Shown here piece by piece: positions 1 to 7,385 of a stretch of 22,147 nucleotides of DNA. A program made the position numbers and the translations under genes. The notes beneath the pieces are model-generated. The model saw only the letters and a list, made by a program, of their open reading frames with translations. It was not told the DNA's origin and searched no databases. Position 1 is the first letter of the stretch. Each line of letters begins with the position of its first letter. Source of the DNA: a virus (Duplodnaviria; Heunggongvirae; Uroviricota; Caudoviricetes); the IMG/VR virus record IMGVR_UViG_3300025853_000050. One strand, given 5' to 3'.

Positions 1-162
1 GTTATTCGCAGTGGTCGCCACATTAGCAGTATTTGCTTCTCCGTGGAAGAACGTGCTATTTGCCACTGGACTTGAACTATAGTAAATTGCCGTTGTGTTG
101 ATGACCCAGGTACCGCTTTCAACCTGAAGTCCATTCTTTACAACAAAATCTTTATCTGACAT
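1..162 (-). CDS. 5' part of a phage fibre/virion structural protein (runs off the left edge; not in the ORF track)
   Basis: ATG at 162 opens a stop-free frame to base 1: MSDKDFVVKNGLQVESGTWVINTTAIYYSSSPVANSTFFHGEANTANVATTANN. The DFVVKNGL start is one I recognise from T4-like fibre/structural proteins. It is preceded by TATAAATA and a purine-rich leader. Confidence 0.85.
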   Translation of the reverse strand, partial: MSDKDFVVKNGLQVESGTWVINTTAIYYSSSPVANSTFFHGEANTANVATTANN

Positions 163-176
163 GGTTCCCTATCCCC
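160..176 (-). promoter_or_regulatory. Conserved leader/RBS motif GGGGATAGGGAACC-ATG (copy 1)
   Basis: 16/17 identical to the motif at 7551..7567; both copies end exactly on a start codon. Confidence 0.7.
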
Positions 177-191
177 GATGTTTCTTTTATG

Positions 192-199
192 TATTTATA
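192..199 (-). promoter_or_regulatory. T4-type late promoter TATAAATA
   Basis: Exact T4 gp55-dependent late consensus, intergenic, immediately after the stop of the Gly-rich gene and 30 nt before the next ATG. Confidence 0.85.
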
Positions 200-979
200 T
201 TAATAGGTAATACTACCATTGCCGGTGAATTTATAAATGTGCCATGATCCACTAGTGGTATATACCGGAGATCCAGTCGTTGATGCTGCTGCAATTAAAG
301 CTCTAACGATAACGACACCGGAACCACCGGAGCCACCATTATAACTAGACCCGGCGCCACCACCGCCACCGCCACCGAGGCCATTAGTACCAGAACTACC
401 GTTACCGCTACTTGTTGCAGAACCGTTACCGCCACCACCAGAACCACCGGAGCCACCATTTGCGCCGCCGCCGCCGCCAGCATATGTTATAGCCGAACCT
501 GTTATAGAACTAGATAATCCATTACCACCGTTAGAATTATTTGCATTTTGTCCTGCCGAACCGGCACCACCGCCGCCAGTACGATAATACGAATTGCCGC
601 CCCCGCCGTAATTACCTTGACCAGCGGTCGGTGTGCCGCCTGTTGGGCGGGAGTTACTCCCGCCGCCGGAACCTCCAGAACCACCATATTGGTATGTAGC
701 GTAAGCACCACGGCCACCACCAATAGCAGTGAATCCAAAAGCTTCGGAATTTCCGCCATTAGTACCAGAATATCCACCGACCCCACCAGCACCAACTGTT
801 ATACTATATGTGGTCTTTTTAAAGATTTCGAAATTTGTATCCTGTAGTAATCCGCCAGCGCCGCCGCCACAACCAACGTTACCGCTACCAGCGCCGCCGC
901 CAGCGACAAGTAAATAATCAATTAAAACTGGAGCAGGACCATAACTATTGCCAACAAACGCGGATAAAATACCAGTCAT
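200..979 (-). CDS. Glycine-rich tail-tip adhesin (gp38-like polyglycine-sandwich type)
   Basis: 259 aa with DYLLVAGGGAG, repeated GGxGG/GGGGAG runs, GGSGVVIVR and C-terminal HIYKFTGNGSITY, typical of phage glycine-rich-domain proteins. TAATG-coupled to the upstream gene. Confidence 0.8.
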   Translation of the reverse strand: MTGILSAFVGNSYGPAPVLIDYLLVAGGGAGSGNVGCGGGAGGLLQDTNFEIFKKTTYSITVGAGGVGGYSGTNGGNSEAFGFTAIGGGRGAYATYQYGGSGGSGGGSNSRPTGGTPTAGQGNYGGGGNSYYRTGGGGAGSAGQNANNSNGGNGLSSSITGSAITYAGGGGGANGGSGGSGGGGNGSATSSGNGSSGTNGLGGGGGGGAGSSYNGGSGGSGVVIVRALIAAASTTGSPVYTTSGSWHIYKFTGNGSITY

Positions 980-1578
980 TAGCTAATATTTCCTGATACA
1001 ATACAATACGTACTATTCGCAAAGAAAATATTTGCCAATCCGCGAGTGGCCAACGTTGCGGTATTACCAGCCTTTGCGGTATTATCTCCTGCAATATAAG
1101 CAGTTGTTGTCGATAATGTTATTGTGACATCTCCAGTTGTGTCATTAACCAATATAACCACATCACCATCACTAAATGTTGCGTCCGGAACAGTAATGCT
1201 ACCTCCTGAACCAATCATGATATGTTTACTTTTATCGGCAGTGGTTAACTGGTAAGAAGTTGTTTTGCTGGAACCTGAAATTGGGATATTTTTATATCCA
1301 ACACTAATTCCATTTGTCTGTAGATCGCCCGTAAAATCTGCCGTTGTATCTGCATATTTCGCAATCGTGGATGCAGTTTTTGATGCTGTTACGGCTCCAT
1401 TAGCAAGTTTTGCCTCAGTAACAGTTCCATCAGCTGGAGTTACGCTTGTGATAGATGCGCCGTTACCAGATAATGTCGTTGCACTAACAGATGCGGCACT
1501 AACAGATGTGGCATTAACACTATTATTAACAGTGATAGAATCTAATACATCGACTGTTGTTACTTCTAAGCTACTCAT
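979..1578 (-). CDS. Short fibre stalk with C-terminal adapter domain (199 aa; start revised from 1599 to 1578)
   Basis: The ATG at 1578 overlaps the upstream TAA (TAATG), as at five other junctions. Starts MSSLEVTT, has DGTVTEAKLA-NGAVTASKTA shaft repeats, and ends in a beta-rich domain GYKNIP...CIVSGNIS. Confidence 0.75.
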   Translation of the reverse strand: MSSLEVTTVDVLDSITVNNSVNATSVSAASVSATTLSGNGASITSVTPADGTVTEAKLANGAVTASKTASTIAKYADTTADFTGDLQTNGISVGYKNIPISGSSKTTSYQLTTADKSKHIMIGSGGSITVPDATFSDGDVVILVNDTTGDVTITLSTTTAYIAGDNTAKAGNTATLATRGLANIFFANSTYCIVSGNIS

Positions 1579-2114
1579 TATTCTACTTCCTCCGGCCAAT
1601 TATGGATAGTTGGGGGAGCCCCATCAACCGATTCGAACAGGGCCATAAATTCCTGTAAGTTCGCGGCACCGTTTATTGCTAATTCGATGTTTGTGCATGA
1701 TTGTAAAATTGCACTCCTATAATCTGAAATATATACAGGAATTTCCACAGCCCTGTCTAATTTCCTCAAAACATACCAATCAGTTTTTTCTAACATATCA
1801 TTGGCAGTTTTCTTGGTTTTCTTTATCCACTCACTTCTCAATCCTATGGATATAATTTGGTTTCCATCTAAATCCAGAATAGGATCTCCATTCTCATCGA
1901 CTTGTGCAACATCTTCCAGCAATTTGGGAACTCCAGCTGAATAATAGAATCGTTTATCAACTGGTGGTTCAACGGCAGGTTCAAACCAAACTAATCCCAT
2001 CCCGGTTTTATATGTGTATGACCAAATATTCCAATTAGAAGGGTGAGTAATCCCATTATCATCAGTCCAAGGTTTACCTGGTTTAATTATATTTCCGTTG
2101 TATTTCCAAGGCAT
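1578..2114 (-). CDS. Putative tail-fibre assembly chaperone/partner of the upstream lectin protein
   Basis: 178 aa, acidic. W..NGITHPSNW and KKTANDMLEKTDWYVLRK...YRSAI resemble the LL..TDW motif of phage tail-assembly chaperone-like proteins. GGAG RBS. Confidence 0.65.
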   Translation of the reverse strand: MPWKYNGNIIKPGKPWTDDNGITHPSNWNIWSYTYKTGMGLVWFEPAVEPPVDKRFYYSAGVPKLLEDVAQVDENGDPILDLDGNQIISIGLRSEWIKKTKKTANDMLEKTDWYVLRKLDRAVEIPVYISDYRSAILQSCTNIELAINGAANLQEFMALFESVDGAPPTIHNWPEEVE

Positions 2115-2116
2115 GT

Positions 2117-4606
2117 TTATACTCCTAAACTATATTTAAATGGGTGTTCGGCAAATGCCATGAAGAAGTAAGTATACGCCGCATTCATCCCGGTATTACT
2201 GCGAAACTTAAATCCGTTTGATAAAATATCAACATAGTCGGTTGTGTCCTCAACAGCAGTTGTTTCAGCACGAAATCTGTCGTTATCTGGGTTATATCCA
2301 TCTCTTTTATTGTCTACTATAGACCAACTACCAGCACCGCTTGCTGGTTTAGCCATAATCCAAGCAGGTCTAAATCCAGTGTAAACGAAAGTACCATCAG
2401 CAGAAGCATTACCAACATAAGACCCAAATTTGGAGAACCCTTCTTTTTCCGCAAATACCCAAGCAACATAATTATCACCATTGGCCCCTTGGCCTGACGC
2501 TGCATTGTGATCGAAAGTGGTTGATGTCAAAGCCCTAGAACTTGAACCAAAAGCATTTGTCAAATTAAGGTCGGCATAATCTGTTGAACCATCAACGGCG
2601 TTTGTGTAACTCCGCCAATTTGTAGTTGCCGTGGTTCTATTCTTAATTATTACAAATTTTGGCGTTACTCCAAGACCATGGGCAATGGTCTTTTCTGTGC
2701 CATCCCCAGTATATGTGTAAATTCCAATACCAGCTTCCGTGTTTACTGTTGCTCCCGTTGGATTTCGAGTACCACCATCAAGTCCTGCTGCACTGGCAGT
2801 GGCATATCCTATACCGTCAACATTAAACGTGTTACTAGAACCACCCAATTTCCAATTCCACGCAACATAACTTTCGCCAGAAGCATTGAAAGAGTCTTGT
2901 GTTCCTAATGTAAATCCATCAGCATCAAATGATTGCAAGTATGTAGAATCAACAGATTCTCCCCAATCACCATTGGTAGACAAAGACCTAGTAGCCCCTC
3001 GAACAGTATCAGTTAAACGATGATATCTAGTGTTAGGTCCACGAGCCTTAATCCAAGTAAAATCAGGAGAGAAACCAACGCCAGTGATTGCATGAGCATC
3101 TGTTCCGTTTCCGTCATACAGGACAGAATTAAATGCGTCTAACGGGGATGCGCCTTGCGCTGGATCGAAAGTTGGTGCTGGTAGATTGGCTGAACAAAGA
3201 GCCTTAAAACCAGCTGGAGGCGTATAGAAAAATGATCCATAACCATTTTCATCCGGTGCTCCAACATAGTTGGCATAGTCTGTTAGTGAAGTATAAACAC
3301 CATCAAACGTACTATCCTGACCAAAGTTTAAATACCCATTTCCAGTGTAATATGTACCAAGTGCCGGTGACCATTCCTTATCCAAAGCACTACCAGAAAC
3401 TGCAACACCCTGACTGACTCCATTGACATAAAACGTGAGAGTTTTTGTTGCGGAATCTAAATCAAGAGCAACACCTATAACGGAAGCATTATTATATCTA
3501 CTACCATAAGAAGAACTGCTGTTGTTATTCCAAAGAGACCCAGTAGTTCCATTATCAAAGTATCCATAACTCGTTGCACTATATCCAGGGAACTTATTTG
3601 AATAGAAATTGGCCTGTAATTCATCAGTGGTTACAATACCAGGCATCGCATATGTCGAAGTAAAGGTAAGGTTGAACAATGCATATTCCCAATACCACTT
3701 ACCTGAAGAAACCGCAAACGTACTTGACCCCGATCTCCATTGTCCAGAAGTTGAATGTTGTTGTCTTAGATTGCCGGCGAGTAGGGCATTTACAGATTTT
3801 AAAGGATTTAATGTGGCGAAATTGTTAGTCGGACTATCAGGTACTTGATCGCTAGTCGCGATACCACTTGGAGTAAAATTATTTGAACCGGCTGCATCAT
3901 AGCCTAGTGTAGTCGCGCTTGTACCGTCTGCGAAGTCTAGATAATGGCCATTGTTACCATAAGATCCCGCATATGTTTTTGCTATCCATACACCATTTTT
4001 AAATTCACCAAACGAAGTATGATCCAATGCATAACCATCAATTAAATACGTTTCGGTGATATACCCATCAAAAGCATCGGCTGGAGGGTTGTTCCAATAA
4101 CTCCCTAGATAGTGCGAAGCAGTAGTGTTTATTGGGGTAGTCGTAAAAGTGCCACTATAGCTGGTTGCCTGTTGAATTCCATTCACATAAATCTTTGTCT
4201 TGCTACCATCAGCTAAACTACCGTCAACGGAGACCACAATGTGATACCAGCCAGCCGCATCCCGAAACATGGCGGTAGTCTTGTAATAGTATATTGCCCC
4301 ATTGTTTCCATAAAATGTAATGGTATCGTAACCATATGTGGCGTTATACGAAAAGAAAATGTCTGTTCTATTGGTACTTCCAGTGCTAGCACAGAACAAC
4401 CACTGAAAATCCGAAAGTTTAGGGTCGCATTTTTTTACCCATCCACTCCAGGTCCACTTTTGATTGTTACCCACAACACCAGTTCTAGATAGATAGGAAG
4501 TGGAACCATCAAATCTTAAAGAATTATCAATAGTTTTTGAGTAAAATCCGGACGAACTGGAAGATGTCGAAGCCATCCATTGTGAAGTACCAAAAGGACC
4601 ACTCAT
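2117..4606 (-). CDS. Multi-domain lectin-type adhesin (LamG/ConA-like + SPRY-like + DUF7483-like repeats)
   Basis: 829 aa. NSLRFDGSTSYL..WTWSGWVK..WYHIVVSVD (LamG/ConA); SGKWYWE..VIGVALDLD..LTFYVNG (SPRY); LYDGNG/YTYTGDG..IAHGLG..FVIIKNR/FSKFGSYVGN..YTGFRPAWIM repeats. Strong AAGGAG RBS. Confidence 0.85.
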   Translation of the reverse strand: MSGPFGTSQWMASTSSSSSGFYSKTIDNSLRFDGSTSYLSRTGVVGNNQKWTWSGWVKKCDPKLSDFQWLFCASTGSTNRTDIFFSYNATYGYDTITFYGNNGAIYYYKTTAMFRDAAGWYHIVVSVDGSLADGSKTKIYVNGIQQATSYSGTFTTTPINTTASHYLGSYWNNPPADAFDGYITETYLIDGYALDHTSFGEFKNGVWIAKTYAGSYGNNGHYLDFADGTSATTLGYDAAGSNNFTPSGIATSDQVPDSPTNNFATLNPLKSVNALLAGNLRQQHSTSGQWRSGSSTFAVSSGKWYWEYALFNLTFTSTYAMPGIVTTDELQANFYSNKFPGYSATSYGYFDNGTTGSLWNNNSSSSYGSRYNNASVIGVALDLDSATKTLTFYVNGVSQGVAVSGSALDKEWSPALGTYYTGNGYLNFGQDSTFDGVYTSLTDYANYVGAPDENGYGSFFYTPPAGFKALCSANLPAPTFDPAQGASPLDAFNSVLYDGNGTDAHAITGVGFSPDFTWIKARGPNTRYHRLTDTVRGATRSLSTNGDWGESVDSTYLQSFDADGFTLGTQDSFNASGESYVAWNWKLGGSSNTFNVDGIGYATASAAGLDGGTRNPTGATVNTEAGIGIYTYTGDGTEKTIAHGLGVTPKFVIIKNRTTATTNWRSYTNAVDGSTDYADLNLTNAFGSSSRALTSTTFDHNAASGQGANGDNYVAWVFAEKEGFSKFGSYVGNASADGTFVYTGFRPAWIMAKPASGAGSWSIVDNKRDGYNPDNDRFRAETTAVEDTTDYVDILSNGFKFRSNTGMNAAYTYFFMAFAEHPFKYSLGV

Positions 4607-4618
4607 TTTATATCTCCT

Positions 4619-5341
4619 TTATGAGTATGCCAGATAAGGTGTACCCAATAAAATTCTACCAGAAGCAATAACTTTATATGGAACCAAATCAGTTGTGGAT
4701 GCAGCAGTTGATAGGGTAATACCGGTATTACCTGGCGTTTCATAATCCGTGCCAAGTGAAACTGTTCTACTTCCCGTGGCATCTTGAATGAATACAATCA
4801 CACCAGATTGACCAACTTGTTCAGTTGTTGGATTGACCAATGTTACGTTTCCAGTCAACGTAAGTTTAAAATCTTGATATGATGAAAAATCTAATGTAGT
4901 GTTGCCAGATACGGTTGTATTTGCATACATTGCCGCAATTGCAGTATCGACGGATATTGATGCAACAGTTATATTTGCGGTACTTGCTATTTTTGCTGCC
5001 GTTACTGCGCCATCTGCGATCTTTGCTTGTGTTACTGCGCTATCGACTATTTTTCCAGTTGATATAGTGTTGTCTTGCACAGTGTGAAGTCCTAGTGCTT
5101 TGCCTTGATAGACAACATAAATCGAATCAGAACTCTGAACTGCACTAGTAAACACTATGGAGGTATCTGATGCAGTATATGCAACACTTGGTTCTTGTCT
5201 TACGTTATTTACAAATACTTCAATATCGTTTGAACCAACAACTGGATTGGTTAGAGTATACGAAGTACCACCATCACCAGTTATGGTCTGTTTTGATAAA
5301 GTATGAAAAGTATTGTCTGGTGTGTATCCTAAAAATGGCAT
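4619..5341 (-). CDS. Fibre arm: MPFLG-type N-terminal anchor domain + decapeptide shaft + C-terminal adapter domain
   Basis: 240 aa. N-terminal ~80 aa is paralogous to the 284-aa protein (DG.TSY.L..V.VN.V.Q.P..F..A). Three D.AVT.AKIA repeats. C-terminal LTLTGNVTL.NPT..GQSGVIVFIQDATGSRT domain, common in phage fibres. Confidence 0.75.
   Translation of the reverse strand: MPFLGYTPDNTFHTLSKQTITGDGGTSYTLTNPVVGSNDIEVFVNNVRQEPSVAYTASDTSIVFTSAVQSSDSIYVVYQGKALGLHTVQDNTISTGKIVDSAVTQAKIADGAVTAAKIASTANITVASISVDTAIAAMYANTTVSGNTTLDFSSYQDFKLTLTGNVTLVNPTTEQVGQSGVIVFIQDATGSRTVSLGTDYETPGNTGITLSTAASTTDLVPYKVIASGRILLGTPYLAYS
4985..5074 (-). repeat. Three tandem 10-codon repeats (DNTISTGKIV/DSAVTQAKIA/DGAVTAAKIA)
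   Basis: 30-bp period visible in DNA (gttactgcgc at 5001 and 5031). The same decapeptide occurs at 5863..5919 and 1372..1431. Confidence 0.8.
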
Positions 5342-5346
5342 ACTTA

Positions 5347-6201
5347 TTATCCTATTAAATATCCGCCAAAATATGCAATATGTATGTCTGTGTCACTATT
5401 ATTTGCATCCTTAAATGTGCCCCTAACTGTGTCATTGGCTGATAGCTGTATAGTCGCCATTGCGATAGCAGAACCGTAAGTAGTTGGTACGTAGTTTAGA
5501 GCTTGTGATATTAAAGTTGCATTTTTATATAATTTAACATAACCACTGCTAGTGCCAATGCCATTTCTTGTAACATCTACATACATAAGATATAAACCAT
5601 CTATGGGCGCAGTGAATAGCAAAGTAGTGTTGCTAAAATGATTTCCGTTATTTAGATGTATGGTCCTTGTACCAGACACTGCATCAACTTCGGCATTTAC
5701 TCCTACTGCATATGAACCGGCATAAACATGAAATGCTGGGGTATATGGTTTTGTAATATATCCATTGGAATCAATCACCAAAGAAGTATTACTAGCATTA
5801 TCATCAATGCCAGTGGTTGCAAAATTTGATATAGTCTTTCCAGACAAATCTAATGTAGAATTTAATTTATCTGCTGTAACTGCACCACTGGCAATCTTAG
5901 TAGTTGTGACCGACCCATCAGTAGGGACTGTGGCATTTCCAACTTCACCCATTCCAATCACAAAATCAATCACATCCGCCCCTGTAACTGCTTCTGAGAA
6001 TGTTATTGTCGATCCGTCAATACTGAATGATGATCCTGGTGCCTGTACTACACCATTAACAGATACCATCAATCGTTCGGCTTGACCTGGATAAAATGGC
6101 GCCGAATTATATAAAAGTGAATATGAGGTATTACCATCAGGTGTGATGGTATCTAAACTTTTAAATACACCTGATAATGGTTGTTGACCTATAAATGGCA
6201 T
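5347..6201 (-). CDS. Fibre arm with MPFIG-type anchor domain and C-terminal C1q-like head
   Basis: 284 aa. C1q signature NNGNHF...FTAPIDGLY...IQLSANDTV...FGGYLIG. N-terminal domain paralogous to the 240-aa protein. Confidence 0.85.
   Translation of the reverse strand: MPFIGQQPLSGVFKSLDTITPDGNTSYSLLYNSAPFYPGQAERLMVSVNGVVQAPGSSFSIDGSTITFSEAVTGADVIDFVIGMGEVGNATVPTDGSVTTTKIASGAVTADKLNSTLDLSGKTISNFATTGIDDNASNTSLVIDSNGYITKPYTPAFHVYAGSYAVGVNAEVDAVSGTRTIHLNNGNHFSNTTLLFTAPIDGLYLMYVDVTRNGIGTSSGYVKLYKNATLISQALNYVPTTYGSAIAMATIQLSANDTVRGTFKDANNSDTDIHIAYFGGYLIG
5768..5855. repeat. 88-bp direct repeat, copy A
   Basis: 82/88 identical to 6929..7016; encodes LDLSGKTISNFATTGIDDNASNTSLVIDS. Confidence 0.95.
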
Positions 6202-6204
6202 AGT

Positions 6205-6471
6205 TTATACCGGTGTTTCTATTTCTGCATTTACCTGAGCTGATGTTTTGACCCATCCTCTCGCAAATGCATCGGCAACAATTTCTTCTCTAGTTGTGGG
6301 TATTTGAACACCTTCATCGAGTGCTTTTGAAGTATATAATTGCACTATTTCATCAATTGCAATTCTTGCTCGGTTCTTTACAGCATTATCCGACCAATCT
6401 TCTGGTGATAATGCTGCATATTCCATCGCACTATATTCTGTGTCTGTGATTTCAATTGTAATTGTTGTCAT
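6205..6471 (-). CDS. Small acidic partner protein of a C1q fibre (chaperone or tip cap, function unknown)
   Basis: 88 aa with AAGGA RBS. MTTITIEITDTE..MEYAA.SPEDW.DNAVKNRARIAIDEI resembles small proteins I recall adjacent to C1q fibre genes in marine phages. Confidence 0.65.
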   Translation of the reverse strand: MTTITIEITDTEYSAMEYAALSPEDWSDNAVKNRARIAIDEIVQLYTSKALDEGVQIPTTREEIVADAFARGWVKTSAQVNAEIETPV

Positions 6472-6498
6472 TGTTTATTTCCTTTTGAATTTATTGGG

Positions 6499-7056
6499 TT
6501 AGCCGACTAGGAAGCCACTAAACGATGATTGAGAATCTATACTCCAAGCGTCGTCAGAATGTGACATGGCTCTAACATCCATAGTATCATTTGCGTACAT
6601 ATAGATTGTCCAACTACTTTGAACGGAATCGTAACTACCACTTTCTTGGTTAATCCAGTATAAACCAGGTACTAAAGTGCTGTTGTAGTACGGTCTAATA
6701 AGATGATATGTACCTGCAATTTCATCCCAACGTAGATTAGTGTTGAACTGATATACACCATTAACAGGCGCAGTGAAAACACCAGTAGAAGGATTAAGAC
6801 ATCCTCCTATATTATGGTAAACAACAGAGTCAAAAGACACTCGGTTATATGTTACAGTATTGTTGAATGCTTGATCTGCCGCTGACGCAAGAAAGCTAGG
6901 TTGATACGGCATAGTGACATACCCGTTAGAATCAATCATCAAAGAAGTACTACTAGCATTATCATCAATACCAGTAGTCGCAAAATTTGTTATAGTCTTT
7001 CCAGACAAATCTAATGATGTATCTAAACTATCTGATAATATTTTAGAAATCGTCAT
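6499..7056 (-). CDS. Short fibre with C-terminal C1q-like head
   Basis: 185 aa. PSFLA..VSFD..NIGG..NPSTGVFTAPVNGVYQF..ANDTMDV..FSGFLVG is a canonical C1q pattern. TAATG-coupled to the upstream gene. Confidence 0.9.
   Translation of the reverse strand: MTISKILSDSLDTSLDLSGKTITNFATTGIDDNASSTSLMIDSNGYVTMPYQPSFLASAADQAFNNTVTYNRVSFDSVVYHNIGGCLNPSTGVFTAPVNGVYQFNTNLRWDEIAGTYHLIRPYYNSTLVPGLYWINQESGSYDSVQSSWTIYMYANDTMDVRAMSHSDDAWSIDSQSSFSGFLVG
6929..7016. repeat. 88-bp direct repeat, copy B
   Basis: 82/88 identical to 5768..5855; offset 1161 nt, which is a multiple of 3. Confidence 0.95.
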
Positions 7057-7382
7057 TATGTTTTCTCCATCACACCTAGTACAACATCAATAGATGAATT
7101 TGCACCAGCCTTAACATTAAGAGAATCTAAACTTTCTAGAATATATTTCTGACCAGCAAGTGTTTCTAATGTAGTATGTGCTGGAATTTCAACAGCATCT
7201 AACAATTGAAATGTAGCTGCAGCCGAATTATCTTCAAACTGTACAGTAGCGCTAACAACGTTGTCTGTCTTATTAGCAATTGCTAATCCAAGTATAACAA
7301 CTTCACTTGATATAGGAGCCGCATAAAGTTCTTGATATGTAGTTGTTGCTTCTATTGACGAATTTTTAAAACTATTAGCCAT
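7056..7382 (-). CDS. Conserved MAN(S/T)FK-type small beta-sandwich phage structural protein
   Basis: 108 aa: MANSFKN..LY.AP....VILGLAIAN....VEIPA..TLE..GQKYILE..DSL.V...SIDVVLGVME. Family recognised from memory as following genes that end in ALAIALG. Confidence 0.75.
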   Translation of the reverse strand: MANSFKNSSIEATTTYQELYAAPISSEVVILGLAIANKTDNVVSATVQFEDNSAAATFQLLDAVEIPAHTTLETLAGQKYILESLDSLNVKAGANSSIDVVLGVMEKT

Positions 7383-7385
7383 TTT

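Noticed and set aside
200-920. GC-rich ccg/cca tandem runs as a foreign island, CRISPR or microsatellite
   Set aside because: Fully explained by glycine codons of the Gly-rich adhesin; there is no repeat-spacer structure.
1579-1599. ORF-track start at 1599 (MAGGSRI extension); likewise 8745 for the coiled-coil gene
   Set aside because: Both would overlap the upstream gene by 17-22 nt. Downstream ATGs at 1578 (TAATG) and 8724 fit the coupling pattern.
5768-7016. Repeat pair as a diversity-generating retroelement TR/VR
   Set aside because: The six mismatches are not adenine-specific (coding strand g/a, a/g, c/t, c/t, a/g, t/a), both copies are in-frame shaft sequence rather than a C-terminal variable region, and no reverse transcriptase is in the window.
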